The notes under the pieces are model-generated. The model saw only the letters and a list, made by a program, of their open reading frames with translations. It made no database searches and had not been told where the DNA came from. Shown piece after piece: positions 39,085-57,184 of a stretch of DNA of 64,000 nt (position 1 is the first letter of the stretch; each line of letters begins with the position of its first letter). Made by a program: the position numbers and the translations under genes. The stretch is taken from contig OZ024743.1 in the NCBI GenBank assembly GCA_964016885.1, positions 67,084,001-67,148,000 on the forward strand. Direction: 5' to 3'. This DNA is from Eledone cirrhosa (Eukaryota).

Positions 39085-42000
39085 TGTCATGGAGGGGCAT
39101 GTACCTCTGTAGGAGGGCTAGCCATGCCATTTTCAGGACAGCTCCTCCTGCATTGGGTCCCACCTGATACTCAGATCTCACCTGTGGTCCCAAGAAGCTG
39201 TAGCATATGACAGCGGCCACATCACGTAAACTGCCCTAGGTGGCGGGCCGAACCAGGTTGAGGGTAGCCGGACGGGTCTGAAATCCCCCGGTGAGTTAGA
39301 TAGGGGATGCCTACCCCTGCATGCGAAGACTGGACCCGGAGGAGTGAGTGGAGAAGGACAACGTCGTCCCAACGATCACGAAGGCGGCGACAGCAAGCGG
39401 TGTGAAGCGGTGTGGGCACGGCAAGGCACTACAGACGTCGTGGCCATCCACTGCAGTCAAGGAAGTTGTGACGGTCCTCCGTACCACCGGATTCTGGCTT
39501 CTGCGGCTGAGTGAGTGGGACCGTCACTTTGCACTGATCCTCCCACTATAAACCTTTTCCGCACAGGTTTCTTCTTTAGCGCGCACTCCCAAAGCCCTGC
39601 GGCGATGGGCGAGAGGCGGAGGTAACAGGTGGAGGTAATCTCTGGGAGTTCGCAGTCTCAAACCCACACGTAGGCGGCCTGGATGCGCAGTCATTCTCCT
39701 CCTAACCCTGAGATGACAGAGAAGATCAGGCGTTCCACCGGGCGACTGAGCAGCCCTTTTCAGAGGAGCACTGCTCACTCTCGCACGAGGGAGGGGCGAT
39801 AAAAGGAGCCTTAACCAAATGTTCGTCCCAGACAAAGCCAGCCAGTCTACCGCGGCTGACGGTTTTACCCTTCCAAGAGGTCGAAACTAACATAATAGAA
39901 AGAAGAACATGATTCTTGGCGTATGGAATATGCGCACGCTCATGGATAGGGAAACCTTCTTGAGGCCCTAGAGAAGAATTGCCCTCATTACGAAGGAATT
40001 AGCTCGCTACCAGATCGACATAGCCGCCCTCAGCGAGACCAGACTCGCCGAAGAAGGATCAGTAGCAGAACCGAAAGGAGGCTACACCTTCTTCTGGAAG
40101 GGCAATGCAAAGGACGAGGACAGAATCCACGGGTAAGCCTGGTCATCAAGACTTCGCTCTCCAAGCAGCTACTAGACCTCCCAACACCTGTGAGTGAGCG
40201 GCTGTTGAAGCTCCACTTCCCCCTCGACCCATCTCGGCATATCACAGTCATAAGCGCGTACGCCCCTACTCTCACCAGCAGCGACGAAGCAAAGGAACTC
40301 AACGCACTTGTGAAGGGCGTCCTCCTAAGCGACAAACTCATCATACTGGGGGACTTCAACGCAAGTGTCGGGTCTGACAACAGCAACTGGAGAGGCGCAG
40401 GGAAGCTGAACTCTAACGGCCTCATACTGTTGAGTTTCTGCGCCGAGAACGACCTCACCATCACCAGCACACTGTTCCGCCAGGCAGACAAGTTCAAGAG
40501 GACATGGATGCACCCCAGATCCAAACAGTGGCATCTGATTGACTTTGCAATATACCGCAGGAGAGACATCCATGACGTCAGAATCACCAGGGCCATGCGT
40601 GGTGGAGAGTGTTGGACTGATCATCGCCTTGTCAGGACCATCCTGTCACTGCACATCCCCCCGACGCATCGCAGGACTCCGAAAGTCTGTAGGACATTTT
40701 TCGACGTCGCACGACTCAAGCAGCCAGAGCATCGTGATGCGTTCGTGGAAGACCTGGACGGCCGGCTGACTGCCCATGGACCAGTTACCGGACCCCCAAC
40801 TCAACAGTGGGACCAGTTCAGGTCGCTGGTGACAGAGTCAGCCAAGGCAACCTCGGGCCGAGGTAGAGAGTCCTCCAGGACTGGTTTGATGAAAACGATG
40901 AGCGCATTCAGACAACTCCTGGACGAGAAGAGGAGGGCTTTCATTGAGTAGCAGAATGACAGCTCCTCCACCTCGAAGCGCGACCGCTTGAAGCACCTCC
41001 CAAGGCAGACCCAAGCAGCGCTACGTAGAATGCAAGACGAGTGGTGGGAGAAGAAGGCCGAAGAAGTCGAGAAATACGCTGACACAAAGAACTCGAAGAT
41101 GTTCTTCAGCGTCATCAGTGACGTCTACGGACCCCCCAAGCCTACACCACACCGCTTCTATCTGCTGACAGCTCGACCCTGCTGAAGGAGAAGAGCCGCA
41201 TCAACTCGAGGTGGAGAGAGCACTTCAGAAAGCTGCTCAACAAGCCTTCCACTGTCGACCCTGCCGCCCTCGACCCGGTCCCACAGAAACCCGTAGTCGG
41301 CAGTCTCGACCTCTCCTCCACGTTGGATGAAGTCACGAAGGCAATCAACCAGACCAGCTCAGGAAAGGTCCCTGGAAAGGACGGGATTCTTGCCGAGATC
41401 TTCAAGTCGGCCGGTCGAACTGCCCTGGAGGCCTTCCACATCCTCCTCGCCAGCATATAGGAGGAAGAAGAGGTGCCCAAAGACTTCAGGGATTCCACAG
41501 TTGTCTCGCTTTTTAAGAACAAAGGCAACAAAATTGACTGTGGCAACTATCGGGGCATCACTCTCCTGTCCATCGCAGGGAAGGTCCTGGCTCGGGTCAT
41601 GCTCAACCGCATCATCGCCAACATCTCGGAGGACAACCTGCCTGAGGCCCACTGTGGGTTCCGCCCAAACCGCAGTACGATCGACATGATCTTCTCTGTA
41701 CGCCAGGTGCAGGAGAAATGTGTTTAACAGAACACGGACCTCTTTGTCGAAGGCTTTCGTCAAGTCTATGAAGACGGCACTGTCAACAGGGAGGCCGTCT
41801 GGTCGATCCTGTCGAAGTTTGGATGCTCGACCAAGTTCGTGAACCTGATACGGCAATTCCATGACGACATGACCGGGCAGAGAGGCATCGCAGCCGTTCA
41901 GAATCACCAACGGCGTCAATCAAGGAGGCGTGCTGGCTCCCGTCCTCTTCAACCTGTTCTTCACCTGCGTGCTCAATCATGCCATCAGGGACCTCGAGCA

Positions 42001-43096
42001 CGGAGTGTATCTGCGATACAGACTGGACGGCTCCCTGTTTGACCTGCGGTGCCTGACGGCCAAGACAAGGACCGTGCAGAGGATCGTCCTGGAGGCACTT
42101 TTTGCTGAGGACTGTGCCTTCATGGCCCACAGGGAGTCTGACCTCCAAGTGATTGTCAACAAGTTCGCGGCGGCCTCCTGCCTCTTCTGTCTCACAATTA
42201 GCCTTGGCAAGACTGAGGTCCTGTTCCAACCTGCACCCGCGTCGGTCGCCCACAATCCTTCCATCTCCACCAGAGGCACCCAACTAAAGACGGTGGACGA
42301 ATTCAAGTACCTCGGCAATGTCATCACCAGCGATGGAAGCCTCGACAAGGAGATAAACGCCAGGATCTGCAAGGCCAGTCAAGCCCTCGGCCGCCTGAGG
42401 ACACGCGTCCTAAACTAACATAACATCAGGCAGTCCACCAATCTCAAGGTGTACAGGGCCATTGTTCTCACCAGCCTCCTCTACGGATGTGAGACATGGA
42501 CCCTGTACAGAAGGCACCTTAAGCAGCTGGAACGGTTCCACATGCGCAGCCTGCGGTCAATCATGAACATCAAATGGCAAGACAAGGTCTCCAGCCTCGA
42601 AATTCTTGCCATGGCTGAGACAACCAGTGTCGAAGCTATGATACTGAAGAGCCGACTTCGATGGGAGGAACATGTCATCCGGACGGACGATCACAGGCTT
42701 CCGAAGAAACTGATGTATGGGGAACTCTGTTCGGGGAAACGAACGCAGGGCAGGTCTCTCAAGAGTTTCAAAGACTGTGTGATGTCCAGCTTCAACAACA
42801 GTGGAATCGCCACAAAACATCTCGAGTCCCATGCTCAGGACAGGACTGAGTGGTGAGCCTTACCAGACGCGCCAAAGACTCTTTTGAAGAGAAGAGACGG
42901 GCAGAGGTCACTGAGGCCCGTGAAAGTAGGAGAAAGGCATCAGCAGCTGCCCCAAGCGACTCCTGTCTCTTCCCCTGCTCCCACTGTCCCCCGGACCTGC
43001 AAGTCAAGGATCAGCCTCCACAGCCACCTTCGCGCCCACGGCAGACGGGAACAACAACGAAGATGTCATCATCGTTTACGATGGACAACCAAGAAA
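39085..43096 (+). mobile_element. Near full-length RTE-clade LINE (APE endonuclease + RT), pseudogenised
   Basis: About 820-bp GC-rich 5' UTR; MILGVWNMRTL..DIAALSETRL..GYTFFWKG from 39909; ISAYAPT, LGDFNA, TDHRLV; NYRGITLLSIAGK, GFRPNRSTIDMIF, LFAED, FKYLG, LLYGCETW; several stops and frameshifts. Confidence 0.95.
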
Positions 43097-44679
43097 GATC
43101 CTCCATTTGGGGGGAAAAGGCTTGCCTTTAGTCTCCACGAGAAGAAGTATATTTTGAGTAAATGACTTAGGCCTGATTAACAGGTCTAGAAGTATACTTT
43201 GATTTACTGACTATTTTGTATATCAGAGAAATTGGATTCTTTGTCTCAGTTAGAAAAAATTACTTTTCTTCTACTTTTATTCAAGCTTGACTGTAAGCCT
43301 CTGAATAGTTGATCTTACATTCTAATTAAACAAATTGTTCTCACTAATTTCCTAACTACGTGCCTTTGTTTAAAATCTTATGATCTATTCGTAAAAGGAA
43401 AGCACAATTAACCTAGGCGTCCATCTTTATTTTTATTTTTATTATGACAGGCTGAATGAGTTGGGATCTAGAACCGAACGAAAGTTGAGTACCTGTTTAT
43501 GTCAATGTTCTAATTATTTATACTAATCTCGTCCTATGAACTGAGTGCTCTTACCCTTGGATACTTCCACCTAACCTTTACTACTATATATATCTTCTAT
43601 ATATATAAAGTGAAGATGGGCATTGTTTGGTGTTCCGAACTTGCATGCTACACCGTTCATCCAATTTTCATGAAACCTCACACATATATAAAACTCAACG
43701 CGTAGAGTGGAATAGGCTACTTGAAATTTTCGAAAAATCGATAATCGGGCCCTATGACAGAATGTTTTTCGATTCCAATGAAATTTTATGTGAATTCGAA
43801 CACAAGAACTCTTAGTTTACATCTGGCGTAATAAAAATAAATTTCATATACCCATATAAGGACGTGCGTTATTGATTGGACGGCCAGCTGCATGTCTTCC
43901 CAGCTGTCTCAGTAAACGACCGACCATTAAAGAGTTTATCTTTTCATATTCCACCTTATTCAAGTGGAAATACAGTATTATCCCTATCTGAAAAGGGAAC
44001 CAAATTTAATGGTGTCTTTTGTGATGCTAAAAGCTGTGAGTAAATTTTCAAACAGTCTTAAATAATCATGTTTTTTGAAAAAAAAAATTACTAAATAATA
44101 CGTTGACCAAGTTGTATTGTACACATACAAAGTTGTAAAAAATGTTACGTCCGTACCAATGTTTTCCTTTTTTAAACAAAAGGTTCTAAACAATTACTTA
44201 ATTTATAATACTACTGTTACAGTCTTTTGCACAGGAAGTGAGTAACTTTTCGGGTGTTTAAACGTAAGTTCACCAGGGTTTGTGTCTTCATTATTAGCCC
44301 ACCTCGAATGGCATTTTTTGTTCTGATTACGACTAAATATTATGAGCGTATTTGCAATTAATTGCGCACACGTGCACACCTGCATGCAGATAGACACTGA
44401 CAGCCAATAACAAATCGATAACTTGCTTATTAAGATATCGGTCAAAAAGAGAGATTGAATGTACTTTAGAACATTTTTTGAATATATTGTTCTTTTTGGC
44501 ATATGTCAGAAATATAGCTACTATACACTTTGGTTATTTTTTTGTAACTAAAAAACGGTTTCTTTTGGGTGGATACTTAACGAGAAAAATCCTAGGGTTT
44601 TGGACAAGTTTGTTTCAGGCGCTGTATAGACGCCTATTTTGTCACACCTTGGTCATGAATTCGTATTCTTTTCCAATAG

Positions 44680-44935
44680 ATATTTTCCGCTCTATAAGGC
44701 TCACCAGGATATAAGGCGTATCATTTAAAATCAGGTCCGCGCAACAGCGTGTAAGGCCAACCAGGAAAATGCTATCTTCTTTACTTTTAGTCTAGATCTA
44801 TTACTTCTGTTAGAGCCGTGATTGATTACCATTGTATTATCTATACATAAGGCTCACCGGAGTATAAAGCGCAGAGATGTTTTTTGATTAAATTTAATTA
44901 TTTTAAGTGCAATTTATAGACGGGAAAATTCGGTA
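44680..44935. mobile_element. Pogo/Tigger-like MITE remnant inside the Helitron
   Basis: TATTTTCCGCTCTATAAGGCTCACC at left, internal ATAAGGCTCACC repeat, TTATAGACGGGAAAATTCGGTA at right (degenerate TIRs). Confidence 0.5.
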
Positions 44936-45057
44936 AGTTATTGTAATCATATTTCCAAACCTTCCCATTCACCAGTAACCATGCTAACGAATCTGGTGTC
45001 ATCTCTCTCTGTATTTAATCACCTCTCTCTAACCTCACAGCTTCGTTACACGTCGTT

Positions 45058-48000
45058 ATGCCCACACGGAAACGTTCAAGACTTACCTCCAAAAAAGGTA
45101 CAGCTACTGCTTTGAGACAACGAATTAGGCGTTCTCAGGTATGAGTTCATTCACAATTGATTAATCCTTTATGCAATATTCTCCCTTAATGTTAGCAAGT
45201 ACTGCGTTTATCCTAACTGTCACCACTTTTAAGCAACTACAACATTCTAATCGTAGTTATATTAAATTTATTGTCTTACCTTGATTCCCTTTTGTTCATG
45301 TTAGACTTTTCTCATTTACTATTGACACTGCCATTGGCTTAGCTAACCAGTAGAATTAATTAATTTTCTCTAGGAAACACCTGCTGAGCGCGAATCTCGA
45401 CTCGCTGATAGACGTCTTTCCCGGCTGGTTGAGTCACCAACATGACGTACGACAAGGCTTGCTGATTTTCGCCTTCGTCGCCAACAAGCGCTGGCGGAGG
45501 AATCACCAGCATCCGTCAGACGAGGCTTGCTGGGGTTCGCCTTCATCTTCAACAAGCACTTGCAGAGGAGTCCACGGCAGACAGAGACAACAGGCTTGCT
45601 GCTAAGCGTTCCTGGCATACGTTAACTACTACTACCAAGAGCTCAGGCTGGGTAAAAGCAGCCTTCAGATATAACCCCTCTGAGGATTACGGACTTCTGC
45701 CTAGAATTTCCATCGGTAAAATGGATAATGTCTGTACATCCTGCAACGCAATGAAGTGGCCAGGCGAGGCGCCTTCTTTGTGTTGTGCAGGAGGTAAGGT
45801 GCAACTAGGAGCATTGGCTGACCCGCCATACGTTCTTCTGAATCTACTTACAGGTGACGGCACTACGGCTACAACGTTCCGCCGTAATATGTGGAAATAC
45901 AACTCCTGTTTCATGATGACCTCCTATGGTGTAGACAATAACAACACTAACAACAGCGTGAACCCAAACAACAACGTCTTCACTACATTCAGACTTCAAG
46001 GCCAATGCTACCATCGCATGGGTTGTCTTCGTCCGCGTCCAAATGAAGAGCCAAAGTTTCTGCAGGTTTTCTTTTTGGGTGGAGGTGAGGCCGAGATTGA
46101 CCAACGCTGCAAGTTAAACGAGGGTGTAGATAGGCGAATAATAGCAGGTCTGCAGACAATGCTCCATGTGACTCATCCCTACGTTCATGATTTCAAGTTT
46201 GCCTTGGAACAAATTGAAACCACGCCGAACATCAAGGTGATTATAAGGGCTGACAGGCGACCAGCTGGCGAGCATGCCCGTCGTTTCAATGCACCAAATA
46301 CCAATGAGGTAGCAGTGATTTTGGTTGGCGAGGAGCACGGTAAACGCGATATTGTCCTTCAGCACCGTGACAGTCGGCTGGTGTTTGTCACAGAGACACA
46401 TAGATCGTATGATTGCCTTCAGTATCCTCTTTTATTCCCCCACGGAGAGGACGGATACAATTTTGCTCATCGTCATGTAAATTATTCCAATGGTAGTGAA
46501 TCACGGAAATCCATTTCATGTATGGACTTTTATGCCTACCGCTTTATGGTAAGGAGTGGAGTTTTAATCAGCTTCTTCGATTCAGCCAGCTGACGAATCA
46601 ATACATTGTGGATATGTTTGCCAAAATTGATGCAGAACGTCTGCTTTTTATTCGACTCAACCAAAAGAAACTGCGTGCGGAGGAATACATCCATTTACAG
46701 GACGCCCTGATTCGTGATGGCTATGCCGGAAACGTCGGACAACAGGTGATCCTTCCATCAAGTTTCACAGGATCCCCTCGGTATATGCACCAAAGAACTC
46801 AGGATGCAATGTCTTACGTTCGTAAGTTTGGCAGGCCTGATCTTTTCATCACTCTCACTTGCAATCCAAAATGGGAGGAAATTCAAACCTACCTCTTCCG
46901 GAGCCAGGTGAGTAGTGACAGGCACGACCTCATAGCCAGAGTCTTCCAGCAGAAACTCAAGAAATTGATGTGGCTACTGAAAGACGGCAAAATATTTGGT
47001 GGTCTTAATGCATGGATGTATACCGTGGAGTGGCAGAAGCGGGGACTACCACATGCTCACATCCTTATATGGTGCAAGGACAGGATACGGCCAACGGACA
47101 TGGACAACATTATTTGCGCAGAACTGCCCAATCCACAAACCGATGTGCAATTGTTCAACACCGTGAGCAAACAATTGATGCACGGACCCTGCGGCGCCCT
47201 TAACTTTAATTCACCTTGCATGGAGAATAACAAGTGCACTAAAAGATTTCCACGACCTTTTACACGGGAAACACGCACAGGGATCGGCGGCTATCCTATC
47301 TATAGACGGCGCGCACCCGCGGATGGTGGGACTACAGCAAAAATAAAGCTGCACGGGCAGGAGATTGTCCTCGACAACAGGTGGGTGGTACCATATAACC
47401 CTCTTCTTGCCAAGATTTTTAATGCTCACATCAATGTTGAGTCATGTACGTCGGTGAAGAGCATTAAGTACATATGCAAGTACATAAACAAGGGAGGGGA
47501 TATGGCTATCCTTGAACTCCAAGGTGGCAGGGCACAACCTGATGAAATACAACAATATCAAATCGGCAGGTACATTTCATCCAATCAGGCGATTTGGAGG
47601 GTTTTTGGTTTTGACATTCATCAGCGTTCACCAACAGTCGTAAACTTGAATATTCACTTGGAGAATGGGCAAAGAGTGTACTATACTGACGAAACCGCCA
47701 GCCGCATGGTGGCCAACCCACCTGCAACAAAATTAACGGCTTTCTTCCAATTGTGCCAAGAAGATCCGTTTGCTAAAACGCTTCATTATGCCGACGTCCC
47801 AACCTACTACACCTGGGCACATAATAAATGGACCAGGCGCCGACAGGGAGCACGCGTTCACGTGAACGGAGAAGACGTTTTTAAAAGCGATGCCATCGGG
47901 AGGGTGTACACAATGCATCCAAATTACCATGAGTGCTTTTATTTACGTATGTTGCTGCACAGTGTTAGGGGTCCTACTTCTTTCACTGAGCTACGGCGCA

Positions 48001-49815
48001 TCAATGGCAAACTCTGCACTACGTATAGGGAGGCATGTGCCAAACTTGGACTCTTGGAAGATGACGCTCAATGGGATCAGACTCTGGAGGAGGCTACTGC
48101 CTTCAAAGCACCAATTCAACTGCGCCAGCTGTTTTCGATCATGCTGATGACATGCGGTTTGAGTGACCCCTTAAAGCTTTGGGAGGCACACAAAAACAGC
48201 ATGGCCGAAGACTTCCTCCGCCGACTTCAGCGTCAGGACCCTACGGCTGGGTTTGAATATAATTCTGCTATCTACAACGAGGCCTTACTTGACCTAGATA
48301 AACGAGTCCAAGCAATGGGAGGTCAGGGCGTCGCTACCTTCGGTTTGCCCCAACCACAGCAAGCATCCAGTTCATTAAACATCGAGTACATGCGCGAGGT
48401 TAGCTACGACCAGGTGCATTTGGCAGCTTATGTACAGCTCAACGAGCCTCGACTTTTGTCAGACCAGAGGACTGACTACAACATGATAATCTCCAGTATT
48501 GACTGCAAAGCGGGAGGTAATTTTTTTCATGATGCTCCGGCGGGAACAGGTAAAACCTTCGTCATCAACTTGCTTCTGGCTAAAGTTAGGCAATGCGGAC
48601 AAATTGCTTTAGGAGTGGCCTCCAGTGGCATAGCGGCAACCCTGATACATGGCGGTCGTACAGCCCATTCATTATTTAAGCTACCCTTAGATTATCCAAG
48701 AGGGAAACGCCCACCTGCAATATCAGTCGCGGCTCGACAAAAGGCAAAATTCTGAACGAGTGCAACCTCATCATTTGGGATGAAGCGCGAATGATCCATA
48801 AAGGCGCCTTCGAGGCTCTCGACCGTACCCTTCAGGATCTTAGGCAGAATACACGGCTTATGGGTGGCGTGACAATTTTGCTTGCTGGGGATTTTCGACA
48901 GACCCTTCCTATTATTTCGAAAGGAACAAGGGCAGACGAGGTGAACGCAAGCAGCAAGTGTTCCTACTTGTGGCAAAATATAAAAATGATGCATCTTACA
49001 ACTAACATGAGAGTCCATCTTAGTGGTGATGAAGAGACCGCGGTGTTCTCCAGGCAACTATTGGAAATAGGCAATGGCACTATAGTTGGCGAAAATGACG
49101 GTCCTATATGTCTTCCATTTGGGCATGTTGTACCTAAAGCCGAAAATCTCATGTCAACGGTGTTTCCTTACCTACCCAGAAATTACACTGATCCCGATTG
49201 GCTGAAGCAGTGCGCGCAATCTTAGCGCCGAAGAATTTCACTGTGGATGCATTAAATTTTAGACTGCTAGAACAACTCCCTGGTTATTCCATCAGTTACA
49301 AGTCCATAGACTCTGTTCTCAACACGGACGAGGCGGTGCATTACCCGGTTGAATTTCTAAACAACCTTACACCACAAGGACTTCCCCAGCATAACTTGCT
49401 ACTTAAAAGAGGCTCTCCAGTTATGCTGTTAAGAAACTTAGACCCTCCGAAACATTGTAACGGAACGCGGCTGACCATTAAGACCATGATGGCAAAAGTC
49501 TTAGAGGCTACTGTCTTAAATGGACCAGCCAGTGGTGAGGATGTCTGCATACCCAGAATACCACTCATTCCATCCGATATGCCCTTTTAGTTTCGACGAC
49601 TGCAATTTCCATTGAAATTAAGCTTTGCAATGAGCATTAACAAGGCGCAAGGGCAGTCATTGTAGGTGGTTGGCTTAGAACTTTCTGAACCTGTTTTTTC
49701 ACATGACCAGTTGTATGTTGGGTGCTCAAGGGTCGGGAGTCCACAAAGCCTCTTCATCCATGCTCCTGAGGGAAAGACACAAAACGTCGTCTACCATGAG
49801 GCATTAGAGAATTAA
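45058..49815 (+). pseudogene. Helitron RepHel (HUH/Y2 Rep + PIF1-like SF1 helicase), disrupted; probable intron 45139-45373
   Basis: GRPDLFITLTCNPKW, VEWQKRGLPHAHILIW, KYICKYINKG; DAPAGTGKTF, IIWDEA, GDFRQTLP, VMLLRNL..CNGTRL, RLQFPLKLSFAMSINKAQGQSL, FSHDQLYVGCSRV; several frameshifts and stops. Confidence 0.95.
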
Positions 49816-51128
49816 CACATGGTTACCCTCAAGCGAGCGCTTTTTCACTGCGAAACGTCAAAGCTTATCCACCAAAGCTTATCCATTCTTCTAAGCTGCA
49901 GTACTTTCTGCTTTACAAACACCTCGTCTATCTCTAACATCTTCTACCCTGGGGCCAATTCACCATTCAGAGCCTTAAAGCATCCCTTCGCGCACGCCGT
50001 TATCTATCAGCTTCATTGAGCATCACAATCCGGCAACCGAAAAACGCCATTCTTCTTGCCACCATGTATCGCGACTCCCGTCATGCAAAAAACGTCCAAT
50101 TTATCAGGATTATCCATCGTAAATCTCTTTACATTAACGCCCACCATATTCAGCAAACATTTTATGACGATTCTTCCATTTCTTATATACGGACTATCAA
50201 GACTATACCGCCGCGCATCATCCTGTATTGCACCCAGTCTTCTCAAGCGATCATCGAGCCTCATTTTGGCCGAGAAGCATCCTGTGTAGCATCGCGTCTT
50301 CTAAAGCGATCAACATGCCATCCACTGTCCTCACAATTGACTCACAACTCCTCATCTATTCCCTGCGACGCCCCTAAACATCATCAGCATGGCTTATTTT
50401 TCTGCCGCGTTTAACCGGCCCTCATTCTAGGTCATAAACAACCAAACCGCATGTCTATTTAAATTAATGGTCAAAATGTTCAACAAAACAATTATACCAA
50501 TTCTTCCCCTTCACCTCCAAGGCCTAGCCATTATATCTTATAGGTCGGGATTCGCAATTTCTACGATTTCAATATTGACACAACAATCCGTCAGGTTTTC
50601 GGCACATTTTGCTCCGATAGGAATATCAACGTGATTTTCACTTAATTCGTAAGTGTTCAATCTTCCGTATGCTTTTATTTTTTTATACAACACCGACTAC
50701 AATCACCTAACTTCACTTTGTAGGGTAGACGCGAATCACAAGGGAAACAATCCTGTGATATACAACACCACCAAATTCTTTGGTCTACCTAGATTTCAAT
50801 GGCTATATCCTTTGCTTTTGTACGGTTGTACATTTGACAATGTCGCAAAACATTATTCCACTTGATTCTTACCTTTCAGCTATGAATTGGGCATTGCCTT
50901 AAAATCCCGTTTTATTTGCGTGCAATTTTTTTGTATCTTATGTATGGAGAATCGAAAACCCTTTTTCTCATAACCTGATACATGCGTTACACATGCTCCA
51001 TGGATGTTTGTGGACTATTTTTTCAAATTACCAATATCACAGATTGGAGCACAAAAGGAAACGTTTGTTCTTCATTTATTTAAATCCAGCTACTTATAAA
51101 CCCGTGTGTATCCGGGTACACTAGCTAG

Positions 51129-51818
51129 AAAGAGAAATGGAAACATTGATTCCTCGGTCCGATTTGACGAAAGTAGATTTAGTTCCACAGAAAATTAACA
51201 AACCATACTTGAAGACACGTTGAGGCTGTTGCAAAGGGCAATAACCCTAGATACAATTTTGATCAACTTTTTTTCACCGATAGCAAATTTACCGGGACAG
51301 GTTTTTAGCTACTCAAATCTACTTCAGAGATCACGCATTGATGTAAAAAATCAATAAAACTGAAGCGGGGCTCGACTTGGCGCAAAAAAACAAGGCAAAG
51401 TTACACATGGGAAAACTTTTTACAGGAACGTCCGATATTCTTGAAAACTGTCACAAAAGACTCGCCATTATGCCGCAGTTAATATAGAGGCCCTTTTAAT
51501 TCTTCTTCTGTACATGTGAGCGCAAAAATTGTAAAAAAAAAAAGAAACCCTGAAAAGATTCGACATTTTCACCCTGCTTTAAATTAACTGAACATTCAAT
51601 ATCAAGCGATTTTGACTTCCGTCAGTCGTGCAGAGAACAATTTCAACGATACACTGTGTAACTACAATTAATAAATTACACACCTGCGTCTACTAACCTA
51701 TTTTTTTTTTTATTGAAGTTCGAAGTTTTGAACCTGTGATGCGCGGGAAGTAACTTTCACACATTCTAACAGACCAAAGGTCGACTTACACCCGGGCAAC
51801 GCCGGGTACTTCTGCTAG
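51129..51818 (+). mobile_element. Non-autonomous Helitron 3' portion
   Basis: ACCCGGGCAACGCCGGGT hairpin then CTAG|T at 51815-51819; start resembles the reverse complement of 23755-23795. Confidence 0.75.
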
Positions 51819-51899
51819 TATATAATATGTATATGTATGTTATATTGGTATCTGCGATACTCTGGGTACAAATTCGATGTATACGTATTATTATTATTA

Positions 51900-55735
<3,836 letters not shown>

Positions 55736-56507
55736 TAGATAGATAGATAGGTATAGATATAGATATATAGATATAAGGTGTGTGCGTGTCATTGCGTATA
55801 TGCCTTTGTCTGTTTTTTATATGATGTCTATGTGTAAATATTTGTGAGCATGTATTCACTTTTGCGTGCTTGTGTGTGTGTGAGTGCATTTGATTGTGTG
55901 TGTATGTATGCAACTGTGTGTGTGTTTGCATTTCTGCAATTGTGTGAGTGTAGGTGTCTGATTGTGACGCTGTGCATGTGTGCGTGGGTGTGTGCATGTG
56001 TGTATGTGTGGCATATTTTTGTTTACACTGTTATTGTATTGTCCCCTAATCCTGAAGTGTTGTAGGAATTATACAGAGCAAGAAGCCATAATACCGTCAT
56101 TAATATAATAATCCTATTAACTTGTGAGAAAGAAAACGAACAATCGATGAAAATGTCGCGTACATCACTTCAACATTCTCCTAGAGAGGACGCCATGTTG
56201 GTATACTTTGTATATATATACGTATGTATATTTATGAATATATATACATATATATATATATATATGCGATTATGGGTTCACGGTTGTGTGAATTGCAATG
56301 AAGCGAAAAATTTATTTAATACTGAAGGAAGAATATGCGTGTATGTAGTGTGTGTGTATATGTATGAATATATATATATATATATATATAAATGAAAAGT
56401 ATAGAAATTATTGTGAGCAATATATATATATATGCATACAGATAGAGAGAGAGAGGGAGGGGGAGAGAGACAGCGGAGGCGAGAGAGAAAATGTAAATAG
56501 ATATGCA

Positions 56508-56545
<38 letters not shown>

Positions 56546-57048
56546 TACATATATACATACATACATATATATATATACATATACATACCTATATATACAT
56601 ATATACATACATATACATACATATATACATACATATACATACATACATACATACATACATACATACATACATACATAGATGCATACATACATATAGGTAT
56701 ATATATACATACACATATACACAGATACATAAGTATAATTATTCATAGCCTTTGTATATTACCTAATTTAAACCGAGAGTTCATAAGATTTTCCAGAAAT
56801 TCATGAATATTTATCGATATTTCAACTTTATCGCATCTAAAAATCCAGTATTTTTAATTAAATATTTCAACAATTTTCTGAAATGTACCTTTTCCTCCCA
56901 GAATATAATCTCAGTTAAGATTTCTTTAAATTTGAAACAGGTCAATTATTTTGAGCGTAAATTTCGTTTTCCTTTAAAGTACTCCACGAACCTCAATTAA
57001 AAGACGCAGCAAGAATAGAAAACGATATTTACTACTACCACTACAACA

Positions 57049-57131
<83 letters not shown>

Positions 57132-57184
57132 CATATTTAAAACAGAAACTGTATTTGCTTTTACCACTTTTACAATATTTACAA

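Larger units (their letters stand above)
43593..51128 (+). mobile_element. Near full-length Helitron
   Basis: A|TCTTCTATATATATAAA 5' end; RepHel coding region; 3' hairpin ACCCG-TGTGTATC-CGGGT then CTAG at 51125-51128. Confidence 0.9.

Noticed and set aside
56100-56200. AACATGGCG (YY1/Kozak-like) start on the minus strand
   Set aside because: The frame closes after 8 codons; a single motif is not enough to call a promoter.
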